64,000 nucleotides of DNA, from positions 124,001 to 188,000 of the forward strand of contig NIVC01001884.1 of assembly GCA_002269645.1 (NCBI GenBank), read 5' to 3'. A program made the translations under genes and the position numbers. Origin of the DNA: Macrostomum lignano (lineage: Eukaryota). Each line of letters starts with the position of its first letter. Positions within the stretch are counted from its first letter, which is position 1. Under the pieces are notes generated by a model, which saw only the letters and a list, made by a program, of their open reading frames with translations, had not been told where the DNA came from and did not search any database. This document shows positions 47,671 through 60,160 of this stretch, in pieces.

Positions 47671-50600
47671 TCAGACAACGCTGGAGCCTCTGTTGACAGA
47701 CTCGAGCAACCGGTTGATGTCGTCCTCCGTGCCGGTGATCTTGGCCTGCCTGTAGTTCCTCCACAATGTTGTGGTGACGTCCAGGGCGACGAGGTCGCTG
47801 GCCAGGTTTGACACGGCTTGCAAGATGAAAATACCGTCAGGTCCCAGGTTGTTGTGCACGAACTTGGCGCAGTCTCTCTCCTCAGTATTCGATATTAGCC
47901 TCATCGCTCGCAGGTACTGCTTGACGAAGTCGACTCGCTGCTGCGGTATTAGCGTTCGAATTATCCAGCTCAACGTGTTAATGGCAGTTAGGACTGCTAG
48001 GATAATGAACCAGAACCACAGGAAGATGTACACCTTCTCCACGAAGTGGTTCACGGGTAGGACGCATTGCACCGTGTATCTGACATGGTGCGGTTTTGTG
48101 AAGGGGCTGCGATGAATCGTGGGGTGTCTATGACTAACCATTGAGGTGTCTGTGACTAACTATTGAGGTGTCTGTGACTAACCATTGAGGTGTCTATGAC
48201 TAACCATTGAGGTGTCTGTGACTAACCATTGAGGTGTCTATGACTAACCATTGAGGTGTCTGTGACTAACCATTGAGGTGTCTGTGACTAACCATTGAGG
48301 TGTCTGTGACTAACCATTGAGGTGTCTGTGACTAACCATTGAGGTGTCTATGACTAACCATTGAGGTGTCTGTGACTAACCATTGAGGTGTCTGTGACTA
48401 ACCATTGAGGTGTCTGTGACTAACCATTGAGGTGTCTATGACTAACCATTGAGGTGTCTGTGACTAACCATTGAGGTGTCTGTGACTAACCATTGAGGTG
48501 TCTGTGACTAACCATTGAGGTGTCTATGACTAACCATTGAGGTGTCTGTGACTAACCATTGAGGTGTCTGTGACTAACCATTGAGGTGTCTGTGACTAAC
48601 CATTGATGTGTCTGTGACTAACCATTGAGGTGTCTGTGACTAGCCATTGAGGCGTCTGTGTCTAACTATTGAGGTGTCTGTGTCTAACTATTGAGGTGTC
48701 TGTGACTAACTATTGAGGTGTCTGTGACTAACTATTGAGGTGTCTGTGTCTAACTATTGAGGTGTCTGTGTCTAACTATTGAGGTGTCTGTGACTAACCA
48801 TTGAGGTGTCTATGACTAACCATTGAGGTGTCTATGACTAACCATTGAGGTGTCTGTGACTAACCATTGAGGTGTCTGTGACTAGCCATTGAGGCGTCTG
48901 TGTCTAACTATTGAGGTGTCTGTGTCTAACTATTGAGGTGTCTGTGTCTAACTATTGAGGTGTCTATGACTAACCATTGAGGTGTCTGTGACTAACTATT
49001 GAGGTGTCTGTGACTAACCATTGAGGTGTCTGTGACTAACCATTGAGGTGTCTGTGACTAACCATTGAGGTGTCTGTGACTAACCATTGAGGTGTCTGTG
49101 ACTAACCATTGAGGTGTCTGTGACTAACCATTGAGGTGTCTATGACTAACCATTGAGGTGTCTGTGACTAACTATTGAGATGTCAATCATGGCAAGGGCC
49201 AGTACTCACGGCTTGTTGCCCTTAGTTCCAAGATTCCGCTTGGGAATGTTGCAGAAGGTGACTCGCGGGAAATTTCCCGACTCCTTCCAGTCAATGCCGG
49301 CAATGAGGTTACTGAGCACCTCGTAGCCAAAGAAGATTGACTTGTTGCCAAGGAAGCTGCGCATGAGAAATACCTGGCCAATGGCGTTGCCGATGAACAT
49401 GAGCCTGACAAGCAGGAACAGCAGCGTCAGGCGGATGTTGGGGCCGCAGCAGAACAAGAATTTCTCCACCGTGCTGCGAACTCTCCTATGACGGCTGGTG
49501 GCTTCCGCCTGCTCCTCCAGAGCTGCCACCAGGCACTGCACGGCCTTCCTGCGCAGGTCCGTGTCCGGGATGGCCGCGTTGCGCGCGCTCTTGATTAGCA
49601 CCGGTAGGCGCCTGGCGCCAACTCGCCAGACAAGATGAGGCACCCAGGTGAGCATGGCTTGTCCGGCCAGCACGATGGCCACCCACTGGTAGTAGGTGAG
49701 GAACCTCTTGCTGTCCAGTTCCTTCTTGCGTACCGGGATGTCGTCATCTGGCCCGAGGAAATAGGTGCTGGACACCCAGCAGTAGTTCTCGGCGAAGTCC
49801 TCCCAAGCTTTGGAGAATTCCTGAGGCACCCAGCACTGAATCGGCTTGCCTGCGGGACGGTGGCGCGCCTTGATAGAAGTGCTGAGTAAAGAGTATAGAA
49901 AATCGATCATAAAGATTTCTTTTTGTTATATGCGAGCCAAAGAAGCAGGTAAAGTTAAGCAGAGTTAAGTCTGCATGAGCATGAATCCCAGCACTGTGCC
50001 ACAGATGCTATTATAAAATAGCAAGATGTCACTCGAAAAAACTGCGCCTATCTGCTCTTTTTTTCAGTCGGAGCACCCAAATCCAGTGGCACCCGCCCCA
50101 AGCCAGACCGATAAACAGTTCGGCTTTCCGCTTGCCCGCTAGTGTTTGACTTTAGCCTTTCTCCTTGCTGCTCTCTCATTGGCTGAGCTAGATTGGGCCT
50201 GCCCCTAAGCTAAGTTTCGTCCCTCTGACTTTAGCCTCTCTCCTTGCTGCTCTCTCATTGGCTGAGCTAGATTGGGCCTGCCCCTAAGCTAAGTTTTGTC
50301 CCTCTGACTTTAGCCTCTCTCCTTGCTGCTCTCTCATTGGCTGAGCTAGATTGGGCCTGCCCCTAAGCTAAGTTTCGTCCCTCTGACTTTAGCCTCTCTC
50401 CTTGCTGCTCTCTCATTGGCTGAGCTAGATTGGGCCTGTCCCCTAGGCTGAATAGGCTAGACTTGTGTACATCAGTTGAAATGTTTTTGTTAATTCTTAA
50501 CCCCACACATGCTCCTTGAGGCCGCAAACCCCAAGAAAGGAAAAAGTTTTAGCAGCTACATTAAATTTAAGTAACACTGCGCATACAAATTACTGAATAA

Positions 50601-52101
50601 AGAGTAGTCGCTCTACTTTTTCACAATTTTAACTGCGACTGACATTCTTAGTTACTCCAGGATCTGTGGCACCGTGCAAGCACATCTTACAACGGGTCAG
50701 GCGTTGCCTATATCCGACTTCAGTTTTGGACAACTTGGACTTCTGTATTAGGCTGAACCCCAACCCCGGGGTGAAATTCAAATTCATTCTGAGATTGCAA
50801 GCGACTTGCTATACTGGCGCACGTAACTGGTCAGTTATTAAAGTAATTCTTTAACTTTTAATTTATTAGGAAGCAAATAATTAGGCATCAGCAACATTTC
50901 CTTCCCACACTCTGCTGAAAAGGGCAGAACGGCCGGCTCAGGACGGGCCGGTAACGAGTGCTTCCTCACGCTCTATCAACACTCAGTCAACACAGAATTT
51001 CTAGCTGAGACTTCGTATCCGTCTCCAGTGGCCTGCGAACCCCGGCCAGGGAGCTGCTGGCTGCCTCTCAGCGCAATCCTTGCACTGGCTGACAGGCCGG
51101 GGTCAGGGAAAACTTCAATGCTGCAGCGCTGGAGCCCCATTGCATGTTTTTACACAGCCTTGGCAAATCAGTCAGTGGAGGGGAACGGCTGAGGTGGGGC
51201 AGACTCTTGCCAGGCGCTGGGGGAACCCATTGTGTCAGGCCGGACTGAAGCTGGCCATCAATTTTTACTTTGAGGGGGGCCTCTGTCTGCGCTCCCTATC
51301 GACCCCCCAGCGACCCCGGGCAGTGATGCTTTATCCATCTAGCAGGGCGGGCGCAGGGGATTGCAGGCTAATTTTGGCCGAACCTTGGTCTTGGCGCAGA
51401 GGACAGGCGCGGGGTTGTTGCTTTTGCCAACTTTTGCGTGACGCGACGCCCACCGTGTCCTCCCTCCCTCCCCTCTCTTTGAAAAGCTTTCAATTCCTCA
51501 CTCCGACCGCACCCCTGTCGCAATTATTCTTTCTCAAGTCACAGGCGATCCGGCAGACTTCGCCCAGATGTCCCGCACAGAGAGAATGAATCAGTTTGTC
51601 GGTCAGCCGGTGCCATGAAATATTCTCTTTCTCAGTTCGGCAAGGCTATGCAGGCTGAGCTCTCCTTGGTCACAGTCAATTCCCCCAGTAGCCCGAGCTT
51701 TCTCCCCTCAAGGAGCCACTTGGCATTCTGAACGCTCCAAAGCTAAAGAATAGAGAAGGAAGGAAGTGAATTGGGGCGCCAGTTCGCTCTAGAGCTCGGG
51801 TCGGAGAGTGCGGTTCAAGGATGAAATAAAAAACTCAGCAGATTGACTGGATGCACTTTTAGAAGAGGCGGTTCATTCATTTTCTAGGAAATGGTTTGCA
51901 AACTAGAGCGCCGAAATCATTAACGAACTCACCAACATATTGGCGCAGCCCGATGATGGCGATGAACATTGTCATGAGGCCGCCTGTGAACTGGTAGTTC
52001 AGCTGGTCGACAAAATCAACTCCGTGGCCGCCGTATGGCGTCTTGAATATCCGGCCGAGCTTCAGCACGAAGCCGGCGTCCATCACGCCGCCGCGAGTCA
52101 T
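47671..52101 (-). CDS. inx: Innexin, copy B, 3 exons, 405 aa
   Basis: Exons 52101-51933, 49849-49210, 48079-47671 (1218 nt, in frame, GT-AG); GCCATG start context; DFVDQLNY, QYVGKPIQCW, ENYCW, YYQW, FPRVTFC, QCVLPVNHFVEKVYIFLWFW. Confidence 0.96.
48123..49181. repeat. 22-bp minisatellite (CCATTGAGGTGTCTGTGACTAA) filling innexin B intron 2
   Basis: Directly visible. Confidence 0.97.
50147..50445. repeat. 79-bp tandem repeat (about 3.8 copies), innexin B intron 1
   Basis: Unit starts at 50147, 50226, 50305 and 50384. Confidence 0.95.
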
Positions 52102-53221
52102 GGCTGCTGCTGCTGTTGAGCTGCTGGGCGATGACGGCCGCTTCTAACGGGATGTCACTAAGGCTGCGCTTACTGCCAGACTAGTGCTGCCATCTTTTTC
52201 TGGCTGTCAACTTCTTTGCGTCTTGTCCTGCTTCTGCGAGCTATTTAGCTGCTGCTAAAACTGCTGCCTCTGTAGAATTTGGCTGGCATGGCTGCTGCTC
52301 CCCGCCTCTCTCGCTGCTTTTGGCCCCGGCTGAGGGGTGGCGCCGGGTCTTAGAGGATAGAAGGGCAGGCAGGGGACACGGCGCTGACTGATTGGAGGGG
52401 GCAGCAGCCCTCTTTGCCCGCCTTGGCGCTCTTTATTTTTTGCCCAGCCCGACCCCTCCCCTCTCTCTCGGCCTCCCATTCAATTCCTGTTCTATTTTGG
52501 GAGAGGAGTTCAGCTGAGGCCAAATTTGCCACATCTCATTCTCTCATCCAGCGATCTCTGCGCGCGTACTCAGCCAGCCAGCCCTCCCTTCTCCCCGTCC
52601 CTCAGCCCTGCCGCCTCTCCCCTTCTCATTCCCCCTGTTGTTCTTCTGTCTCGCCGTCAGAAGATGTCTCTCCTCCGTGATCGACGGTGGCACCGCGGTG
52701 ACGAAGGCAGTTCTGCAAGGACTGCAGCCCGGCAGATGAGCCACAGAAGACACAGCAGAGAGAGTCAGGAGACAGGGGGGAGACATGCTGATGGAGGGGA
52801 GACAGGCAGAATCAAAGCAGCAAAGAGTCGCCGCTGTCTGAGTTCTCAAATTCCCCAAAGCTGTGCTCCCAAGCCCAAGTGATCACCTATGTACTCATCC
52901 AGTGAACCCCCCCCAGGGGAGGCAGAAGGGAGAGCTTTGAGGGAGAGGCATGCTGGGGACTGTGCTACTTCTGCTTCAGGAGCCGCTCCCAATACGTGTT
53001 TAGTGCCGTGGGATTTCTTCCCCATTTCTGCCGTCTGTCCTCTCTGTCCATTTCTGCGGTCTGCCCCCCTCTCCTGCTGATCCCATCCGGTGGCCTGAAA
53101 GTGCTGCCGCAAATTCACTATGCGGGTGGGAATGTGAGAGCATTGAGACAGGGGATGCCGTCTTGGTGGGTGTCTTGGGCGGAATAGTCGCCGACTCTAA
53201 GTGCATTTCGGAAATTAATTT

Positions 53222-53590
53222 CGGTTTTATGAAGTCTCGGGTTTATGATGTTTCGGGTTATGAAGCTTCGGGTTTATGAAATTCAGGGTTTATGAAGTAT
53301 TGGGTTATGAAGTTTAGGGTTTATAAAGTTTCGGGTTATGAAGTTTCGGGTTTATGAAGTTTCGGGTTTATGAAGTTTCGGGTTTATGAAGTTTCGGGTT
53401 TATGAAGTTTCGGGTTATGAAGTTTCGGGTTTATGAATTTACGGGCTAATGGAGTTTCGGGTTATGAATTTTAAAGTTTATGAAGTTTCGAGTTCATAAG
53501 GTTTGGGGTTTAAGAAATTCAGGGTTTATGAGTCTCGGGTTTATGAAGTTTCATGTTTATGAAGTTTTATGGCTATGAAGTTCATGAAGT
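53222..53590. repeat. 16-bp minisatellite (GGGTTTATGAAGTTTC)
   Basis: Homogeneous centre with degenerate flanks. Confidence 0.93.
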
Positions 53591-55009
53591 ATGCAAAGTG
53601 CAAAGGCAGATGGACAGACAGTGAAGGAAAGATGGGCATTTGAATATACTGCTTCTCTGGGGGGCAGCCTCGCCCCCTCATCAGAAACTTTTCTCCCCCA
53701 GAACTCTCGCCCATGAGTTTCTCCCCGAATAGGAAATATATTTCATCTCCTCCTAGCCCTGACCGCCAGAGACTATGAGCAGGGGGGAGAGAGGGGAGAG
53801 ATGAAGGCCAGGGGGACACCCCAGTCCCGCTTGACCGCTCCATTGCATGCAAATTCGCTCGCGGGCTACCTCAGGCCCCCGATTTTATCACTTTTTCATC
53901 TCCGTTCGCCCGGGCGCACTCGAGCGGCAGCTTTTATCGCTCGCGCGGGGACGCTGGGGGTGGGGGGGGGGGGTAGAAGCCCTCCGCTGCGCTCGAATCT
54001 CTGCCGAGACTGCATCGCCCCGCTGGCTCCCGACTGCAGACAGAAGATTAAAGGGATGTTACCCTGAAATTGATTGAGCTATGAGCGCTGTCGCATATTT
54101 AATTCATGAGCTCCCCCCCATATCATTTTTCAGTGCATCAGTTCTCTTTCTGTCTCAAGTCTCAGCGATTGTCTTGCCCAGCTTAATCTCCTAATAAATC
54201 ATTCTGGCCACTCGCCAAAGCGAATCTGCTACTCAGGCAGCAGCACTGCTCAGCCCGCGGGATGCTCAGCCCGCGGCTGTAGTCGGGTTCTTAGGAATGA
54301 GCAAAAATGGGAAGAGAGAGATTTGACTCGAGTCACGAGACCTGCAGATTCGCCTGCTGCATCGCTTTGCTCATCCTTTATGCCGCCTCCTTCCCTAGTG
54401 TCTCGGATCTTTGCCTGTTTCCACCCAACCTGCTTCGCATTACGGATGCCTTGAAAGGGTGCCGAATCTTTGCAAGCCTGGCGAGGTAACGAAACGAAGC
54501 AGGAACCTTTGAGCGGAAACTCGACCTGCCTCAGTGTGCCTGCGGTTGGTGTCATCGAGTTGCTGCTGCTTTGTGGCGGCGGCAAAAATTGGGACAGTTC
54601 TAAACTTCAGGCGAGAACTTGCTGCCGACTGAAGCGTATTTTATGTGAGCCGAAATAGAAAAAGTTCAATTGTTTCACGTCACCCTACTATCAGTAGACT
54701 GCTTAGCATATTAGTAAAACAAATGCGTTGCAACAGAAGGCATTAAATTGACAAGAGAAAAGAATGCGGTTATAAAATAGTAATGATTTTGAATAAAAAA
54801 TGCGATAGTTTTCCACAAAGTATTAGCCCCAGGGTCTTAGGCGAACCCAGATGAAGAAGTCAGGGCTGTTGTATAACCTGCGTGAGTGTGAGAGCCTGCG
54901 TACGGATCCATGTGTGCTCAGGGATGGGCATTCTCGATTGCCTCCTCATTGGCTTTCGTAACATCCATTCACTTTAATCTCCGTTTCTATTTTTTAGAAC
55001 ATCCGTCTA

Positions 55010-55455
55010 CTGGAGCATAACGTCAGTTTCTTTTTTAGGAGTATCTGTCGTGCATGACGTCATTTTCTATTTTTGGAGCATCTGTCGTGCATGACGTCAG
55101 TTTCTATTTTTGGAGCATCTGTCCTGCATGACGTCAGTTTCTATTTTTGGAGCATCTGTCCTGCATGACATCAGTTTCTATTTTTGAAGCATCTGTCGTG
55201 CATGACCTCAGTTTCTACTTTTGGAGCGTCTGTCCTGCATGACCTCAGTTTCTATTTTTGGAGCGTCTGTCCTGCATGACATCAGTTTCTATTTTTGGAG
55301 CGTCTGTCCTGCATGACCTCAGTTTCTATTTTTGGAGCATCTGTCCTGCATGACGTCAGTTTCTATTTTTGGAGCATCTGTCCTGCATGACGTCAGTTTC
55401 TATTTTTGGAACATCCGTCTCCTGCAGCATCACGTCAGTTTCTATTTTTGGAACA
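55010..55455. repeat. 37-bp minisatellite (GTCAGTTTCTATTTTTGGAGCATCTGTCCTGCATGAC)
   Basis: About 12 copies visible. Confidence 0.94.
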
Positions 55456-56317
55456 CCTATTTTATTTGATATCACTATTTAGATCATCAACAAATCGAAA
55501 TGAAGTCACACTTCAAGTGACAGCCTGGCATAGCTGGAGAAGTTTTAAACTTAAACTCGAAACTTTTACTTAATACGAAAGCGAATTACCAGCCTCTGAG
55601 TGAGTCTTACCTTATTAGCCTGCTCTCGGAGTTCTCCTTTTTGTTAGTCGGATTTCAACTTGAGACCAGGGGCTGGTGACCCCTATATGGGAAAAAAATA
55701 TGGGAAATATTTTGAGATAGCTTGCTTATCTGGTGAAAGTCAACTTACAAAGCCCCTGAGATATATTCATCCGTAATATATACTAACACTTGAAATCTCG
55801 GAATCTAGGAACGCTCACTGCAAAGCATTGAAATGCATGAAAGTTGCAGATTCTGGCCAGACGCAGAAGAAGACTCAAGCTGGGCGGGCACGCGAAAACT
55901 ACTCAATCTCTCCTCTCCTCTCGCTTTTCTCAACAAGCTGGCACGCAGCTGAGCTGCTACATAGCGTGAGTCGGGGGCTCCGCCAGGGTTCTTCAATCAG
56001 CGCCCAGCGAGATTGCAACAGGCAGCGGCAGGGACCGCAATACGCTGATCCAACAGGGGGATCCCCGACCAAGCATAACTGAATTCCCGCATAATGCAAG
56101 CTCCCCAGCAGCTATTGGGAGGCTGGGACACTGCCGGGCATAAACACGATCCTATGGAGGAGCTCAGGACTTCGCGGTGCTGCTGATTATGCAATCGATG
56201 GCTGATCAGGCTGAACTGATTATGGCTAATGAGATCCGCTCCATCCCGTCTCATCTCAGCTATCTCCGGCTTCTGGCGGAGCCCATTTGCCTGCCACTGT
56301 CTGGTCATGGATTCTGG

Positions 56318-56488
56318 AGTCAGTCAGTCAGTCAGTCAGTCAGTCAGTCAGTCAGTCAGTCAGTCAGTCAGTCAGTCAGTCAGTCAGTCAGTCAGTCAGT
56401 CAGTCAGTCAGTCAGTCAGTCAGTCAGTCAGTCAGTCAGTCAGTCAGTCAGTCAGTCAGTCAGTCAGTCAGTCAGTCAGTCAGTCAGT
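56318..56488. repeat. (AGTC)n microsatellite
   Basis: Directly visible. Confidence 0.97.
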
Positions 56489-56847
56489 AGTTAACTTACT
56501 AGTATTTAAATAACTGACTGACTGCAGAGAGCACAGCTCGAATCCAGTGGAACTTGAGTTCCCTGGGAAATCCTCAGACTCTGTGGGAGCTCTTGTCTGA
56601 TCAGTGGAGTGAAAGTTAATCCTTGAAAGTCGAAGTCGTGAAGAGTTTTTTCCCGCTGAGTGGGTGCAGAGCAGAGTTCAGTTTAGCTGTGAGATCAACT
56701 CGGGGGGTTCTGCACCGGCTTACAATATACCTGCTATTAATTTAATTTACCTGTGATTCAAGACTGATATTAATTCAAAAAGATGTGTTTGTAGCTATGT
56801 ATAGTTGACAAGAAATGTTGCCTTAAAATATATTTTAATACTTAGTT

Positions 56848-57235
56848 TCGCGCCACTGGTATTCAGTTTGGCGCCACGGGCACTCAGTTTGGCGCCATTC
56901 AGTTTGGCGCCATAGACATTAAGTTTGGCGCCACATACATTCAGTTTGGCGCCACAGACATTCAGGTTGGCGCCACAGACATTCAGTTTTGCGCCACTGG
57001 CACTCAGTTTGGCGCCACTGGCACTCAGTTTGGCGCCATTCAGCTTGGCATCACAGGCCTTCAGTTTGGTGCCACTGGCATACAGTTTGGCGCCATTCAG
57101 CTTGGCGCCATTCAGTTAGTCACCACAAGCATTCAGTTTGGCTCCACTGGCACTCAGTTTGGTGCCACTGACACTCTGTTTGGCGCCACAGACATTCAGT
57201 TTGGCGCCACTGGCATACAGTTTGGCGCCACTGGC
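56848..57235. repeat. Minisatellite of about 21 bp (CAGTTTGGCGCCACTGGCACT variants)
   Basis: Directly visible. Confidence 0.92.
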
Positions 57236-57913
57236 ACGCCAAATATCCCAGATATTTAACTGGGAGGGAGATGCCTCACTCGCGAGGTCCCTGGCTCAAT
57301 TCCAGACTCACCTGCGGCAGCGGTCGGCACCAGAGTCCGCGCCAGGGGGTCAATCGATTCCAGCAGTCACAACTTTGGCGAGCAATTTTTTTTAGCAATT
57401 TTAGTTTTCTCTTGCAGCGATGATAAACACGAAAGCGGCATCACGCAGCGCTGCCATTGGCTGCTGCACATTCAGAGAGGCCCAACGATTCGGTTGTCGA
57501 TTCCACTGGCTGCCGAGCTAAATATAGATTTTGTTGCTAGGGTCACTAAATCGCAGAAAAAAGTGACACGCTCTGAAGGAACTCTTTAAACAATTCTGGA
57601 GCAACAATTTCTGTCAGTTGGACAGTACAAACAGCGCTCAAATCCTCCTATGGCTGCTTGTCAATTTGATTGCTTTGCCGCGAACGCTGCGAGTTGTAGC
57701 TTCAAAAATTCAAAAATAGTCAAATTTTTGTACTTTTTTGACAGGTAAAAAAGCTCTTCGATTCTCGGTGGGAAAATTTCAATTTTCTGGAATTGGTTTT
57801 CTGTTCATTTCATGGGGATGTTTTTAGAGTTGCTTGTCGGGTTATGAATTAATTAAATTAAATAGAAAAGGATTGGGACTAGGTCTACGGAAAGACTGTT
57901 GTTAACCCGGACG

Positions 57914-58130
57914 ACACAGCCTGGGGAACCAGCTCAGGACACAGACTGTTCACCCGAGAGACACAGCCTGGGGAACCAGCTCAGGACACAGACTGTTCAC
58001 CCGAGAGACAGCCAGACAGTCTGTGTCCTGAGCTGGTTCCCCAGGCTGTGTCTCTCGGGTGAACAGTCTGTGTCCTGAGCTGGTTCTCCAGGCTGTGTCT
58101 CTCGGGTGAACAGTCTGTGTCCTGAGCTGG
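57914..58130. repeat. Fold-back repeat: two 47-bp tandem arrays in opposite orientation
   Basis: Unit ACACAGCCTGGGGAACCAGCTCAGGACACAGACTGTTCACCCGAGAG twice (57914-58007), 8-nt spacer, then about 2.4 reverse-complement copies (58016-58130). Confidence 0.93.
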
Positions 58131-58389
58131 CTGGCTGAAAATAACGTATCTTGTTGTTATCAAATTTATAAAAATATTTTCAGGAAAGCTTCTGCTAAAC
58201 AGGATCCAAAGCTTCCGGAGACAGAGAGGTAATGTAAACGTGTGCTGGGGTCCTCAATATTGGTAAATTGAAGGCTATTTCAATGGCGATTTTGGATATT
58301 CAAAGAACTCCATCCAACTGAAAATTCCCTAGCTACTCATGCTCCACTACTAACAGTAGGAAGTTTAGTGTAGTCAAGCAATCCAGGCG

Positions 58390-58396
58390 TATAAAA
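58390..58396 (+). promoter_or_regulatory. Candidate TATA box of the EF-hand gene
   Basis: TATAAAA about 60 nt upstream of the ATG at 58455. Confidence 0.4.
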
Positions 58397-58454
58397 CACC
58401 CTTGGACCAGAGGAACTGCTCTGTCGCGAGCTGGCGCCAGCAAGCAAGTAGGGC

Positions 58455-59006
58455 ATGGGCAGCCGGTTCTCAATTCCACTGGACATCCAAGAGATCGATG
58501 CGCTGAGCAGGGAGACGGAGCTGACGGTGCCGCAGCTGAACAGCTTCTATCGCCGCTTCAACCGGCTGAGCCGCGGGGAGCCCATGCTCACCAAGGACGA
58601 CCTGCTGCGCGAGCAGGACCTCATCACCAACCCGCTGTGCGACCGGATTCTGCACGCCTTCTTTGCCAACGGCCGCTCGGCGTTGACCTTCGCGGAGTTC
58701 GCGCGCCAGCTGGCCGTGTTCAGGCGCAGCAAGCGGCCCTCCAGCCGGGAGGCCAAGCTGCGCTTTCTGTTCTCCATGCTCGACGTCGGCGGCAGCGGCT
58801 TCGTGTCGGCCGCCGAAATGACGGCCTTCCTCATGCTGCTGCTCGGCGACTCTGTCAGCGACGAGCAGCTGGGCTCCATCTCGCTGCGCTGCCTCTCCGA
58901 AGCTGACGACGACGGCGACAATCGGGTGACGTTCGAGGAATTCGCCAAGGCGCTCGGCACGGTGGAAATCGAAGAGCAGATGTGCGTGGCCGCGCTGAAC
59001 GGCTGA
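58455..59006 (+). CDS. CHP: Calcineurin B homologous protein (CHP)-like EF-hand Ca-binding protein, single exon, 183 aa
   Basis: MGSRFS N-myristoylation-type start; ..ETELT..QL..FYRRF..L, NPLCDRILHAFF, KLRFLFSMLD and final EF loop DDDGDNRVTFEEF match the CHP/calcineurin B layout. Confidence 0.9.
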   Translation: MGSRFSIPLDIQEIDALSRETELTVPQLNSFYRRFNRLSRGEPMLTKDDLLREQDLITNPLCDRILHAFFANGRSALTFAEFARQLAVFRRSKRPSSREAKLRFLFSMLDVGGSGFVSAAEMTAFLMLLLGDSVSDEQLGSISLRCLSEADDDGDNRVTFEEFAKALGTVEIEEQMCVAALNG

Positions 59007-59149
59007 GCTGCGAAGGACCTCAAGTTTGTTTGGTAGCTGCAGTGAATGATTGACTCATTTAAATAAGTAGTAGTGCATCTAGTTTTGACTCAAATAAACC
59101 TGATGGACGTGTGCTCAATCAACAGAACCTTTTAATTAGCCCCTGTTCC

Positions 59150-59716
59150 AGTGCTCACCTATCAGAGTGAGTGACAAGCCTGTCTGAGATGTGTGCTCAC
59201 CTAGCAGAGTGAGTGACAAGCCTGTCTGAGATGTGTGCTCACCTATCAGAGTGAGTGACAAGCCTGTCTGAGATGTGTGCTCACCTAGCAGAGTGAGTGA
59301 CAAGCCTGTCTGAGATGTGTGCTCACCTAGCAGAGTGAGTGACAAGCCTGTTTGAGATGTGTGCTCACCTAGCAGAGTGAGTGACAAGCCTGTCTGAGAT
59401 GTGTGCTCACCTATCAGAGTGAGTGACAAGCCTGTTTGAGATGTGTGCTCACCTATCAGTCAGTGAATGACAAGCCTGTCTGAGATGTGTGCTCACCTAT
59501 CAGAGTGAGTGACAAGCCTGTCTGAGATGTGTGCTCACCTATCAGAGTGAGTGACAAGCCTGTTTGAGATGTGTGCTCACCTATCAGTCAGTGAATGACA
59601 AGCCTGTCTGAGATGTGTGCTCACCTATCAGAGTGAGTGACAAGCCTGTTTGAGATGTGTGCTCACCTATCAGTCAGTGAATGACAAGCCTGTCTGAGAT
59701 GTGTGCTCACCTATCT
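59150..59716. repeat. 42-bp minisatellite (GTGTGCTCACCTATCAGAGTGAGTGACAAGCCTGTCTGAGAT), about 13 copies
   Basis: Directly visible; starts about 140 nt after the CHP stop codon. Confidence 0.96.
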
Positions 59717-60160
59717 GTGACAAGCTCACAGAAAGTAAAAAATAACGTTCACTTCGCTTCTAGTTCGCAGCAGTGCAATGCTTGGTTCATCAGTGCGCAA
59801 CCGAACGAACTTCCTGTCAGTGATTAATTAGCCCCACAAAATCCGAGACTCTCTCTGTGCATTGTTGGCTAATTGAATTCGTCAAGTGAGTCAAGATTCC
59901 AGAGCTGAAGCAGCAGGTGCAGAAGTGAGTTTAGTGAGCTGACCGACAGGAAGTAAACTCTGGGCGCAATGTGTGAGAGAGGACAGGTAAATTTCACAAG
60001 TTCTAGCAATATAACTACTTTTTGGATTGCTAAATATGCAAATATGAACATGATTTGGACATTAGAAATTCTGCCATTTTTCTGCCTTCTTGTAAGCTAA
60101 GAAGTACAGACTAAATTGTTGCTACAGGCTAACAAAGAGCCTCCAAGCTTCTCAGATTCT

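Noticed and set aside
54919-54930. CAGGGATGGGCA, similar to a hAT terminal repeat
   Set aside because: No matching inverted partner or 8-bp TSD was found in the window.
52102-58300. Many short ORFs between innexin B and the CHP-like gene
   Set aside because: No consistent codon bias, motifs or exon chains; likely UTR, regulatory and repeat DNA.
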